Under the pieces are notes generated by a model. That model was not told the DNA's origin. It was given only the letters and a program-made list of their open reading frames with translations, and ran no database searches. Both the position numbers and the translations under genes were made by a program. This document shows, one piece after another, positions 37,643 to 47,402 of a stretch of 47,780 nucleotides of DNA (its first letter is position 1; each line of letters begins with the position of its first letter). The stretch covers positions 1 to 47,780 of the forward strand of contig JANMQY010000074.1 in assembly GCA_031370785.1 (NCBI GenBank), in the 5' to 3' direction. This stretch comes from Candidatus Eiseniibacteriota bacterium (GTDB lineage: Bacteria; Eisenbacteria; RBG-16-71-46).

Positions 37643-39378
37643 CGCTCGCGCTCGCGCCACGAATCGCGGGCGCACAGCCCGTGGTCGGCGGGCGCTGGGA
37701 CGCGCCCGGCCTCGTCGGCTCCGGATTCGCCGATCTCGAGTCCTGGCGGTCGGAGCCGGGACAGCCCGGCTGGACCTCCGAGGCGTGGCTGGGTGTTCCG
37801 TACCTTCCGGTGTTCGCGGGGCACGTGACCGGCTCCTGGTCGCAGAGCACGGCCGACGCCGCGCCTGAGTCGATGCCGTGGCCCGGCGTGCCGGCACGTC
37901 ACTCGCTCGCGTGGGCCGACTCGGTCGGAGCCTGGTTCGGCCCGGGCAGCGCGTGGTCCGGATTCGATGGGGCGCTCGCGTCCGTTTCCGCGCTTCGCTT
38001 CGCGCCGGCGGATGCCCGCGCGCGCGCGGTGTTCCGCTATGCCACCGGCGATCTGGGGGCCGATCAGAACGCGCTTGCGTTCGAGCGCGGCGATTCGCTG
38101 GGATGGGGCCGCATCGAAGCCGCGACCGCGCGGCGCGGCGCAGCCGGCTCGCTCGGCCTGACCGGCGCGCACCTGTGGAGCGTCTCGGGGAGCAGCACGC
38201 GCGGGCGTCATCGAGTGGATGGAGCGTTCACGCAGCGCGGGTACGGCGGGGAACTGTTCGAGCGCACCTATCGGGAGGCGTCGTCGGGGCAGAGCGCGAC
38301 GCTCGGCTGGCGCTACACGCGAGGCGTGCAGTTCGTGTCGACGCGGCTCGAGCGCGCCTTCGATCAGCACCAGAGCTACGACGACGGTTCGGAGAGCTAC
38401 CTTCTCTACTCGCGGCGCGATGCGCGCGAGACGCGGGCCACCGCGGAATGGGGAAGGGCGCGCGGCGCACGTAAGCTCGGCGCGCGAATTCAGTTCGCGG
38501 ACATCGAAGTGCGCCGGGCAACGCCGACCGACGTGCCCTTCTATCTCAACCAGACCTTCGATCGTCGCGAGCGCACGTGGTGGGGCTCGGTCGCTTGCAC
38601 CACACCTGCGCTCGACGGCGTGCTGCGGATGGAGCTGGGAGCGGGCCGCAGCCGGGCGCTGGGGTCCACGCTGGTCGCGCCGGGAGCCAGCCTGGCCTTT
38701 GGCGATTCGCGACTCGGCGGCCGGCTGGTCGCGATGCGCGTGGTGCAGCCGGTGTGGTCGGACCTTTTCGCGGGGCAGGCGCCATTTCTTCAGAATACGT
38801 GGGCGGGTGGGTTCGAACTCTCCTCGCAGGGCGCGCTGCGAGCGCAGGGCTCGCTGCTGGTCGGGGTGACCCGCGATCGGGCGATCTGGCTCCGGCATCC
38901 GATCCAGGATCTGGCGCTGCGCTACGGAGCGCTTCCGAGCACCGGCCGCGATGGATTCACGCTCGCCACCTCCGGCTTCGACTGGCGCGGCCGACACTTC
39001 GGGGCCGGGGCATCGGGCTTCGTGCTACGCTCCGAGCGCAGCGCGAGTCAGGCGCAGGTTGATCCCGGTTTCGGGGCCCGCGCCGGGGTCGAGACGCGCT
39101 TCACGCTGTTTCAGGGCGACCTGGGGATAACGCTCCGCGCCGAGACCGCGGCGGTGGGACCGCGCGAGAACGAGGCCACCTCCGCCCGGCTGCCCGGCTA
39201 CCTCACCAGCGGCGCCACGGTTTCGACCACGCTTGGTGATGCGGTCATCGTATTCCGCGTGCGCAATCTGGAGAACACGCCTCACGAGGAGACATGGCTC
39301 GATCCGCGCGACCTGTCGGTGGCGAAGGGGCCGCGCCGCGAGCTGACGTTCTCGCTCACCTGGAGACTCTTCAACTAG
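37549..39378 (+). CDS. Putative outer-membrane beta-barrel/porin (start uncertain)
   Basis: Signal-peptide-like RAALLLALALAPRIAGA|Q; amphipathic strands; C-terminus ELTFSLTWRLFN resembles FCB 'putative porin' ends. The nearest in-frame ATG (37549) lies inside the upstream gene. Confidence 0.65.
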   Translation: MAHRIQRRAVRGARHAARGRVRALPRAALLLALALAPRIAGAQPVVGGRWDAPGLVGSGFADLESWRSEPGQPGWTSEAWLGVPYLPVFAGHVTGSWSQSTADAAPESMPWPGVPARHSLAWADSVGAWFGPGSAWSGFDGALASVSALRFAPADARARAVFRYATGDLGADQNALAFERGDSLGWGRIEAATARRGAAGSLGLTGAHLWSVSGSSTRGRHRVDGAFTQRGYGGELFERTYREASSGQSATLGWRYTRGVQFVSTRLERAFDQHQSYDDGSESYLLYSRRDARETRATAEWGRARGARKLGARIQFADIEVRRATPTDVPFYLNQTFDRRERTWWGSVACTTPALDGVLRMELGAGRSRALGSTLVAPGASLAFGDSRLGGRLVAMRVVQPVWSDLFAGQAPFLQNTWAGGFELSSQGALRAQGSLLVGVTRDRAIWLRHPIQDLALRYGALPSTGRDGFTLATSGFDWRGRHFGAGASGFVLRSERSASQAQVDPGFGARAGVETRFTLFQGDLGITLRAETAAVGPRENEATSARLPGYLTSGATVSTTLGDAVIVFRVRNLENTPHEETWLDPRDLSVAKGPRRELTFSLTWRLFN

Positions 39379-39411
39379 CCCGGCCCCCTGGAGGGGAGAG
39401 AAGCGCTGTTC

Positions 39412-39879
39412 GTGCTCACCCCCGCGGAACGCCGAGGCGCGAGTCTCGTCGCGTTGCTTCTGGCGTTGGGCGCCGCCGACGAGCTCTGGCGCGCCACTCA
39501 TCCACGCATGGCCCCGGCGCCTTCCGGCCTCGAAGGCTCGTCGCGCTCGTCTGCAATGCCCTCTTTGGCGGTCGGACCCGAGGCGCCGGGCCTCGCGAGC
39601 ACGACCGAAGGCTCGTCCCCCTCGTCTTCCGCGAGATCGCGCGGCGCCGATCCGGGCGTTTCAACGCGCACCACGCCGGCAATCGACGTCGTCATCGATC
39701 TCAACCGGGCGAACGCGGCTGAGCTCGATTGCCTGCCCGGGATCGGTCCGGTACTGGCGCGCCGCATCATCGATTACCGCACGCGGCATGGCCGCTTTTC
39801 GCGCTGCGAAGAGCTGCTCGCGGTGCCGGGAATCGGCCCGCGGCTGCTGGAGCGCGTGAGGCCGCACGTCGCGCCCTGA
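39412..39879 (+). CDS. comEA: ComEA-family helix-hairpin-helix DNA-binding protein
   Basis: N-terminal hydrophobic anchor, Ser/Pro linker, then IDLNRANAAELDCLPGIGPVLARRIIDYRTRHGRFSRCEELLAVPGIGPRLLERVR. Confidence 0.88.
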   Translation: MLTPAERRGASLVALLLALGAADELWRATHPRMAPAPSGLEGSSRSSAMPSLAVGPEAPGLASTTEGSSPSSSARSRGADPGVSTRTTPAIDVVIDLNRANAAELDCLPGIGPVLARRIIDYRTRHGRFSRCEELLAVPGIGPRLLERVRPHVAP

Positions 39880-40156
39880 GTCATTCGCCCCGACCCGGCT
39901 CCGCGATCGGGCATCGTGCAATCCGCACGGGACTGCACGGCAGAGCGTGCAGATTCTGCTACAGCCGCACTGCGCTTGTTCCGATAAACCTGGCGAGTCC
40001 AGGTCCGTGCGTTCCGCGTTTGCAGGCCCGCGGTCGTGACGGCTTGAGCCGCCTGTGCATGGCGCAGGCAGCACGACTCGAGGCACTTCATGGAGATCCG
40101 CGCGTGATCGCACAGCGCGCGGCCGTCCGCGGCCCGAACACCACAGGGAAGCGACC

Positions 40157-41845
40157 GTGCAAGAGGACATCGGACAGAAGCTGCTCGAAGCGCATCTCAT
40201 CGACGAAGCCGCTCTGGTCAAGGCTGCCCACCAGCAGAAGAATCTGGGCGGCACACTGACCGGCAACCTCGTCAAGACCGGCGCGATCAGCGAAGAGGGA
40301 CTCCTCGAGTTCCTGTCGCGTCTCTATGGCACCCCCTTCATCGACCTCAAGAACTACGAGCCCGATCCGGCGCTCACCCGCCTGATTCCCGGGGATGTGG
40401 CCACGAAGTTCATGGCCCTGCCGGTTTCACGCGTGGGGCGCAAGCTGATCGTCGCGCTGGCAAATCCGTCGAACATCTTCGCGATCGACGACATCAAGTT
40501 CATCACCGGCTACGAAGTGGAGCCGCGCGTCGCCTCGGAAGCCGCGCTCAAGAAGGCGATCGATCGTGCCTACGATTCCGCGGGCACGATGGCCGACGTG
40601 ATGAAGGGCATGGAAGACGAGCTCGCGGTCGTCGAAGTCGAGGAAGAGGTCGACAACGGCCTCGCCGGCGCCGACGAAGCTCCGATCGTCAAGCTGGTCA
40701 ACTCGCTGATCGCCGACGCCGTGCGCAAGGGCGCCTCGGATATCCACATGGAGCCCTACGAGAAGAGCATGCGCGTACGCTTCCGCATCGATGGCGTGCT
40801 GCAGGAGATGATGGCGCCGCCGTTCAAGTTCAAGGCGGCGATCCTGTCGCGCCTCAAGATCATGGCCGAGCTCGACATTGCCGAGCGGCGCGTTCCGCAG
40901 GACGGACGCATCAAGATCAAGGTGCTCAACCGCACCATCGATCTGCGTGTTTCGTCGCTGCCGACGATCTTCGGCGAGAAGATCGTGATGCGTATTCTCG
41001 ACAAGAGCAACCTCAACATCGACCTCACCAAGCTCGGCTTCGAGCCTGCATCGATGAAGGAATTCACGAGCGCGATCGCGAATCCCTACGGCATGGTGCT
41101 GGTGACCGGCCCGACCGGATCCGGAAAGACCACCACGCTCTACTCGGCGCTGTCCAAGGTGAACACGCCCGAAGTGAACGTACTGACCGCCGAGGACCCG
41201 GTCGAGTACAACCTCGACGGCATCAACCAGGTGCTGGTGAACGAAGACGTGGGCCTGAGCTTCTCCGCGGCCCTCAAGGCGTTCCTTCGCCAGGACCCCA
41301 ACATCATCATGGTCGGCGAAATCCGCGACATCGACACCGCGTCGATTGCGGTCAAGGCGGCGCTCACCGGCCACCTGGTGCTCTCGACCCTGCACACCAA
41401 CGACGCCCCGAGCGCGATCGGCCGAATGATCGACATGGGGATCGAACCGTTCCTCGTGGCCTCTTCGGTCAACCTGATCCTGGCTCAGCGTCTCGTGCGC
41501 CGGGTCTGCGCCCAGTGCAAGCAGCCGGTCACGCTCAATGCGGAAGTGCTGGAAGAGCTGCAGATGGACCCGAAGGACGCCGCCAAGGCCACGTTCTTCG
41601 TGGGAGAGGGATGCGTGGAGTGCAACAACACCGGATATCGCGGACGTCAGGGCGTGTACGAGGTGATGCCCCTGACCTCCCGCCTGCGTGATCTGATTCT
41701 GGAACGGGCATCCGCGAACGAAATCAAGAAGACCGCGATCGCGGAGGGAATGCTGACGCTGCGCCGCGACGCACTCGAGAAGCTGAAGCGCGGTCTCACG
41801 ACCGTCGAGGAAGTGCTCAAGGAGACTGCAGCCGACAAGCTGTAG
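40157..41845 (+). CDS. pilB: Type IVa pilus extension ATPase
   Basis: GTG start at 40157; MshEN-like N-terminus; ASDIHMEP; ERRVPQDG; Walker A GPTGSGKT; EDPVEY; LRQDPNIIMVGEIRD; TGHLVLSTLHTND; CAQC/CVEC zinc motif. Confidence 0.96.
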   Translation: MQEDIGQKLLEAHLIDEAALVKAAHQQKNLGGTLTGNLVKTGAISEEGLLEFLSRLYGTPFIDLKNYEPDPALTRLIPGDVATKFMALPVSRVGRKLIVALANPSNIFAIDDIKFITGYEVEPRVASEAALKKAIDRAYDSAGTMADVMKGMEDELAVVEVEEEVDNGLAGADEAPIVKLVNSLIADAVRKGASDIHMEPYEKSMRVRFRIDGVLQEMMAPPFKFKAAILSRLKIMAELDIAERRVPQDGRIKIKVLNRTIDLRVSSLPTIFGEKIVMRILDKSNLNIDLTKLGFEPASMKEFTSAIANPYGMVLVTGPTGSGKTTTLYSALSKVNTPEVNVLTAEDPVEYNLDGINQVLVNEDVGLSFSAALKAFLRQDPNIIMVGEIRDIDTASIAVKAALTGHLVLSTLHTNDAPSAIGRMIDMGIEPFLVASSVNLILAQRLVRRVCAQCKQPVTLNAEVLEELQMDPKDAAKATFFVGEGCVECNNTGYRGRQGVYEVMPLTSRLRDLILERASANEIKKTAIAEGMLTLRRDALEKLKRGLTTVEEVLKETAADKL

Positions 41846-41920
41846 TCCGGATGGCGGAACGCCGGGACCCGCAGCACGAAGGGCCCGGATCCGTCGCCGC
41901 GAACCAAGGAGAATGACGCC

Positions 41921-42997
41921 GTGGTGACTCTGCGCCAGCTGCTGGAAGACATGGTTCAGAAACGGGCTTCGGACCTGCATCTCACCGCAGGCGTGCCGCC
42001 CACATTCCGTATCGACGGCCGGATCGAGCCGAGCGAATACGAGGTCCTGACCCCGGAAGCCTGTGCGTCGCTCGCGTACAGCGTGATGTCCGACGACCAG
42101 CGCAAGAAATACGAGACCACCAAGGAGCTCGATTTCTCCTTCGGCATCAAGGGTCTGTCGCGCTACCGCGCGAACGTCTACGTCCAGCGCGGCGTGGTCT
42201 CCATGGCGATCCGCCAGATCCCGTTCGACATCCTGCCGATGGAGAAGCTCGGCCTGCCGCCGGTCGTGAAGGAGTTCACCAACCGCCAGAAGGGCCTGGT
42301 CCTGCTGACCGGCCCAACCGGCAGCGGCAAGAGCACGACGCTCGCGGCGATGCTCGACAAGATCAACTCGACCCGTCAGGCGCACATCATGACCATCGAG
42401 GATCCGATCGAGTACATCCATCACCACAAGAAGTGCATCGTCAATCAACGCGAGATCGGCGCCGACACCATGTCGTTTCCGACCGCCCTCAAGTACGTGC
42501 TGCGCCAGGACCCCGACATCATCCTGATCGGCGAAATGCGCGACTTGGAGACCATCGAGGCTGCGCTCACCATCGCTGAGACCGGTCACCTCGTGTTCGC
42601 GACCCTGCACACCAACTCCACGTACGAAGCCATCAACCGCATCGTGGACGTGTTCCCGTCGGACCAGCAGAAGCAGATCCTCACCCAGCTGGCGTTCACG
42701 CTCGAGGGCGTGGTGACGCAGCAGCTGATCCCAAGGAGTCGCGGCGGCGGCCGCGTGATGTGCGCCGAGGTGCTGGTCTGCACCCCCGCCATCAAGGCCG
42801 TGATCCGCGAAGCCAAGACCCATCAGATCTACAGCCTGATGCAGGCTGGCCAGAAGTTCGGAATGCAGACGATGAACCAGGCTCTTCTCCAGGCGGTGCT
42901 CGACAAGGCGCTGACTCCGGAAGATGCCCTTGACCGCGCTTCGGACCGGATCGAGCTCGAAGGAATGCTCGGCAAGGTCCTGCGCACCGCCGCTTAG
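41921..42997 (+). CDS. pilT: Type IV pilus retraction ATPase
   Basis: AAGGAG RBS; ASDLHLTAGVPP; GPTGSGKST; TIEDPIEY; LRQDPDIILIGEMRD; AETGHLVFATLHTNS; AIKAVIRE; GMQTMNQ. Confidence 0.95.
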   Translation: MVTLRQLLEDMVQKRASDLHLTAGVPPTFRIDGRIEPSEYEVLTPEACASLAYSVMSDDQRKKYETTKELDFSFGIKGLSRYRANVYVQRGVVSMAIRQIPFDILPMEKLGLPPVVKEFTNRQKGLVLLTGPTGSGKSTTLAAMLDKINSTRQAHIMTIEDPIEYIHHHKKCIVNQREIGADTMSFPTALKYVLRQDPDIILIGEMRDLETIEAALTIAETGHLVFATLHTNSTYEAINRIVDVFPSDQQKQILTQLAFTLEGVVTQQLIPRSRGGGRVMCAEVLVCTPAIKAVIREAKTHQIYSLMQAGQKFGMQTMNQALLQAVLDKALTPEDALDRASDRIELEGMLGKVLRTAA

Positions 42998-43008
42998 GAG
43001 AAGCCATC

Positions 43009-44226
43009 ATGCCAGTGTTCGTGTGGAAAGGTCGGACGCTCGCCGGCGAGGCGCAGTCCGGTGAGATCGAAGTGGGTCGGCAGGAAGAGGCCCTCGATAT
43101 CCTGCGCAAGAAGAAGATCCTGATCACCTCGATGCGCCCGAAGACCGGCGGCTTCCAGATTCCGAAGTTCGGCGGCTCCGGTGTGAGCACCAAGGACCTG
43201 GCGATCTTCACGCGCCAGTTCGCGACGATGATCTCGGCGGGCCTTCCGCTCGTGCAATGCCTGGACATCCTGGCGAAGCAGTCGAGCAAGCCGTCGTTCG
43301 GTCGTGCCATCGGCGAGGTCACGCGCGAGGTCGAGTCGGGCTCGACGCTTTCGGACGCTCTCGGCAAGCACAAGGACATCTTCGACGACCTGTTCCGCAA
43401 CATGGTGGCCGCGGGCGAAGCCGGCGGCGTGCTGGACGAGATTCTCATGCGTCTGGCGACGTACATCGAGAAGGCCGACGCGCTGAAGCGCAAAATCCAG
43501 AGCGCGATGGTCTATCCGGTCGTGGTGCTGAGCGTGGCATTGGGCGCGACCGCGTTCATGCTCATCTTCATCATTCCGACCTTCGCGAAGATGTTCAGCG
43601 ATTTTGGAGGCGAGCTTCCGCTGCCGACCAAGATCGTGCTGATGGCCTCCAACGCGCTCCAGTCGTACTGGTGGGTGGCACTGCTCGGGATGTTCGGTGC
43701 GTTCGTCGCATTCAATCGCTGGTACGCGACCGAGAGCGGGCATCGACAGGTCGACGCGATCATGCTCAAGATCCCGGTGCTGGGCGACGTGCTCCTCAAG
43801 GGCGCGGTTGCGCGCTTCACCCGCACCCTGGGAACGCTGATTGCCTCGGGCGTGCCGATTCTGTCGGGCCTCGAGATTACGGCCCGCACGGCCGGCAACA
43901 AGATCATCGCCGAAGCGATCATGACCGCCCGCGCCTCGATCCGGGAAGGCGAGACGGTCTCCGCGCCGCTCAAGACCTCGGGCGTGTTCCCGCCGATGGT
44001 GGTGCAGATGATCTCGGTCGGCGAGCAGACCGGCGCTCTGGACGAGATGCTCACCAAGATCGCGGTGTTCTACGAAGCCGAGGTCGATACCGCGGTGGAT
44101 ACGCTCACCTCGATCATCGAGCCGTGCATGATCGTGGTCATGGGCGGCATTGTCGGCGGCATGGTCGTCGCGATGTACCTGCCGATGTTCAAGCTGATCA
44201 GCGTCGTGGCGGGCGGCAACGGATGA
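43009..44226 (+). CDS. pilC: Type IV pilus inner-membrane platform protein
   Basis: FTRQFATMISAGLPL; AGEAGGVLD; SAMVYP; FTRTLGTLIASGVPIL; VGEQTGALDEML; AMYLPMF. Confidence 0.96.
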   Translation: MPVFVWKGRTLAGEAQSGEIEVGRQEEALDILRKKKILITSMRPKTGGFQIPKFGGSGVSTKDLAIFTRQFATMISAGLPLVQCLDILAKQSSKPSFGRAIGEVTREVESGSTLSDALGKHKDIFDDLFRNMVAAGEAGGVLDEILMRLATYIEKADALKRKIQSAMVYPVVVLSVALGATAFMLIFIIPTFAKMFSDFGGELPLPTKIVLMASNALQSYWWVALLGMFGAFVAFNRWYATESGHRQVDAIMLKIPVLGDVLLKGAVARFTRTLGTLIASGVPILSGLEITARTAGNKIIAEAIMTARASIREGETVSAPLKTSGVFPPMVVQMISVGEQTGALDEMLTKIAVFYEAEVDTAVDTLTSIIEPCMIVVMGGIVGGMVVAMYLPMFKLISVVAGGNG

Positions 44227-45908
44227 GCTCTCCGTCGCTTCACCGGAGCGGCCCGTCCCCGGACGCGGCCGCCCGGCCCACAGTGGATCGCTGGACCGGT
44301 CTGCGCACGCTGATTCGCGCGCGCCTGCTGATCGCGACCCTGGCTCTGCCGATCGGGGTATTGCTGCGTCCCGAGGCGAGTCAGTCAGCGTGGTGGGTCC
44401 TGTGGTGGGCACTGCTCGCGGTGGGAGTGATGTCGACCGTCTTCTGGGTCGGCATCCGGATTCGCCGCGGACTGAAGGCGCAGACCTATGTGCAGATCAC
44501 TGCGGATCTCGTGATGATCACGACACTCGCGGCGTACACCGGCGGGAGGGACAGCCAGTTCATGCTGTTCTTTGCGCTCGCGGTGATCACGGGCGGGCTG
44601 CTCGGACGCATTCCGGGCGGTGCGTTCGCGGCGCTCGGTGCATGTGCCGCGATCGTCTCGCTGCCGTCGATTACGGCCTCGGTGGGAGGCGAGGGATCGC
44701 AGGCGCTCTCGGCCACACTTCCACCTCCGGGAATGCTGATCGCGTTCCTGGCCACGGTGGGCATGCTGAGTGGAGTGCTCGGCGAGCGGGTCAAGCGCAC
44801 CCGTGATGACCTGGATCGGACCGCTCGCGAGCTGGACCGCGTGCGGCTCGACAACGACGTGATCCTGCGCCATCTCACGACCGGCCTTCTCACGGTGGAC
44901 GCCGGGGGAAGGGTGGCGTACCTGAATCCTGCGGCCGAGCAGATGCTCGGGCTGCGCGTGCTCGAGGTCCGCGGACGGCCGCTGACCGCGGCGCTCCCGG
45001 AGCGGCTGTCGCTGCTGCGTGACGTTGTGCTGGAATCGCTGCAGCGTCGCGCCCCGCGCGCCCGCGCCGAGCTGCTCATGGGGACCGCATCGGGCAAGAC
45101 GCTGCCGGTCGGCGCCTCGACCAATCTGCTGCGGCACGAGGACGGCATCACCGGTGTGGTCGCGGTCTTCCAGGACCTGACCGAAGTGCGAGAGATGGAA
45201 CGTCGTGCCCGCCGCAACGAGACGCTCGCCGAAGTCGGCGCGCTTTCCGCGGCGATCGCGCACGAGCTGCGCAACGGGCTCAACCCGATCAGCGGATCGG
45301 CGGAATGCCTGCAGCGCGAGCTGAAGCTCGAAGGCGAAAACGCAGTGCTGATGAGCCTGATCATCACCGAGTGCAGCCGGCTGAACCGCTTCGTGACCGA
45401 CCTGCTGGGCTATTCGCGCGAGCGCGACCTGGCGGTCGAGACCATCGATCTGGACGACCACCTCGCCGAGCTGTGCGAGATCGTGGCGCGCGATCCGCGC
45501 TGCCGCGTTGGCGTGACCGTGCGCTACGAGCGCGGGGCCGGGGCCGGGGCCCTCCAGGCGGATCGCGAGCAGATCCGGCAAGTGTGGCTGAACCTGGCGG
45601 CGAACGCGCTCGAGGCGATGCCCAGGGGGGGCGAGCTGAAAGTGCGTTGGCGGGCAGTGGATACGAATCAAGTGATCGTGGAATTCGCGGACGATGGTCC
45701 CGGCATCGCGGCAGAGGATCTGCGGCGAATCGGGGAGCCGTTCTTCACGACGAAAGAGAACGGTACCGGGCTGGGGGTAGCGATCGCACAAAGGGTCGTC
45801 GAGCGTCACGGAGGCACGTTGTCGTTCGACAGCGCGCCGGGCCGTGGCACGACCGTGCGCGTGACGCTACCTGCCGGCGAGCCGGCCATCGTGGCCGCGG
45901 CCGCGTAA
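44223..45908 (+). CDS. pilS: Membrane PAS-domain sensor histidine kinase (PilS-like)
   Basis: ATGA overlap with pilC; about 6 TM helices; PAS (YLNPAAEQMLG); H-box AHELRNGL; N-box NLAANALEA; DDGPGI; PFFTTK; GTGLG; lies between pilC and pilR. Confidence 0.85.
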   Translation: MSSPSLHRSGPSPDAAARPTVDRWTGLRTLIRARLLIATLALPIGVLLRPEASQSAWWVLWWALLAVGVMSTVFWVGIRIRRGLKAQTYVQITADLVMITTLAAYTGGRDSQFMLFFALAVITGGLLGRIPGGAFAALGACAAIVSLPSITASVGGEGSQALSATLPPPGMLIAFLATVGMLSGVLGERVKRTRDDLDRTARELDRVRLDNDVILRHLTTGLLTVDAGGRVAYLNPAAEQMLGLRVLEVRGRPLTAALPERLSLLRDVVLESLQRRAPRARAELLMGTASGKTLPVGASTNLLRHEDGITGVVAVFQDLTEVREMERRARRNETLAEVGALSAAIAHELRNGLNPISGSAECLQRELKLEGENAVLMSLIITECSRLNRFVTDLLGYSRERDLAVETIDLDDHLAELCEIVARDPRCRVGVTVRYERGAGAGALQADREQIRQVWLNLAANALEAMPRGGELKVRWRAVDTNQVIVEFADDGPGIAAEDLRRIGEPFFTTKENGTGLGVAIAQRVVERHGGTLSFDSAPGRGTTVRVTLPAGEPAIVAAAA

Positions 45909-45945
45909 GAGTGCAGTCTCAATCCCAATGAGCGAGGTGGATCCG

Positions 45946-47361
45946 ATGCCGGCGGAACGTATCCTGGTGGTGGATGACGAGCAGAGCATGACCCAGTTCC
46001 TCGGGATCGTGCTGCGCAAGGAGGGCTACACGGTCACGACCGTCAACAACGGGCGCGAGGCGCTCGACAAGGTCAAGGCCGAGAGTCCCGACGTGGTGAT
46101 CACCGACATCAAGATGCCGGGCATGGACGGCATTCAGTTGCTCCAGGGCATCAAGAAGCACGACCCATCGATTCCGGTGGTGATCATGACCGCGTATGCC
46201 TCGCAGCAGTCCGCGATCGACGCAGTCAATCTCGGTGCGTTCCAGTACCTCATCAAGAACGCCAAGAACGAGGAGATCAAGCTCATCGTCCGCAACGCGA
46301 TCGAGATGCGCAAGGTGCGGGTGGAGAACCAGTACCTCAAGCGCGAGCTCAAGCGCGGCCACGAGGAGAAGACCATCATCGGCTCGTCCGACGAGATGGC
46401 GCGCGTGTTCAAGATGGTGGGCAAGGTCGCCGACAGCGAAGCGACCATCATGATCCAGGGCGAGAGCGGCACCGGCAAGGAGCTGATCGCGCGCGAGATT
46501 CACTACAGCAGCCGCCGCGCACATGGCCCCTTCGTCAGCATCAATTGCGGCGCGATCCCGCGCGACCTGCTCGAGAGCAACCTGTTCGGACACGTGAAGG
46601 GCTCGTTCACCGGTGCGGTGCGCGATTCGCAGGGCCTGTTCCAGGTCGCCGAGGGCGGCACCTTCTTCCTCGACGAAGTCGGGGAGATGCCGCTCGCCAC
46701 CCAGGTGAAGCTGCTGCGCGCACTTCAGGAGCGCGAGATCATCCCGGTGGGCGGGACGCAGCCGATCAAGATCGACTGCCGCCTGGTGGCGGCCACCAAT
46801 GCCGACCTGGACAAGGAAGTGGCCGAGGGCCGCTTCCGGGCCGACCTCTTCTACCGGCTGAACGTGATCCCGATCAAGCTGCCGTCACTGCGCATGCGTC
46901 GTGACGATATTCCTCTTCTCGTGGACCACTTCCTCAAGCGCCACGCGGTGAACAACCCGGCCAAGACCGTGAGCAAGGAAGCCATGGACCTGCTCATGAA
47001 GTACGACTGGCCGGGCAACGTCCGTGAGCTGGAAAACGTCATGGAGCGCGCGATGATCCTGGATGAAGGCGGACTCATCGAAGGCGACGACCTGCCGGAC
47101 ACCATCCGCTTCGGCGAGAGCCACCGCGGAAGCCTGATCATCGATTCGCCGACGCTCACCCTCGAGGAGCTGGAGAAGGAATACATCCTCAAGGTGCTGA
47201 ACCACACACGCTGGCAGAAGAAGCGGGCCAGCGAGGTCCTCGGAATCAACGCCTCGACACTGTATCGCAAGCTGATCGCGTACGGCGTCGAGCGGCCGGG
47301 GAACGAGATGGAAGATGGGAACCGCGATGACGGGAACGAAGGTGAGGCAAACGCCGCATGA
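45946..47361 (+). CDS. pilR: Sigma54-dependent NtrC-family response regulator (PilR-like)
   Basis: ATG 45946 with GAGGTGG RBS (alternative start 45928); receiver ILVVDDE..TDIKMP; AAA+ [43 protein letters not shown]; Fis-type HTH. Confidence 0.9.
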   Translation: MPAERILVVDDEQSMTQFLGIVLRKEGYTVTTVNNGREALDKVKAESPDVVITDIKMPGMDGIQLLQGIKKHDPSIPVVIMTAYASQQSAIDAVNLGAFQYLIKNAKNEEIKLIVRNAIEMRKVRVENQYLKRELKRGHEEKTIIGSSDEMARVFKMVGKVADSEATIMIQGESGTGKELIAREIHYSSRRAHGPFVSINCGAIPRDLLESNLFGHVKGSFTGAVRDSQGLFQVAEGGTFFLDEVGEMPLATQVKLLRALQEREIIPVGGTQPIKIDCRLVAATNADLDKEVAEGRFRADLFYRLNVIPIKLPSLRMRRDDIPLLVDHFLKRHAVNNPAKTVSKEAMDLLMKYDWPGNVRELENVMERAMILDEGGLIEGDDLPDTIRFGESHRGSLIIDSPTLTLEELEKEYILKVLNHTRWQKKRASEVLGINASTLYRKLIAYGVERPGNEMEDGNRDDGNEGEANAA

Positions 47362-47402
47362 GGCTTGCGATCTGCAACGAACCGGAGGATGGCGTGCAGA
47401 TT
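47362..47402 (+). promoter_or_regulatory. Candidate PilR upstream activating sequences
   Basis: GGCTTGCGATCTGCAA (47362-47377, palindromic TTGC-N5-GCAA) and GCGTGCAGATT (47392-47402), about 140-175 bp upstream of the pilA sigma54 promoter. Each element recurs in another intergenic region of the window. Confidence 0.5.

Noticed and set aside
41846..41920. Imperfect stem-loop between pilB and pilT
   Set aside because: No U-tract and the pairing is imperfect in GC-rich sequence; cannot be supported as a terminator.
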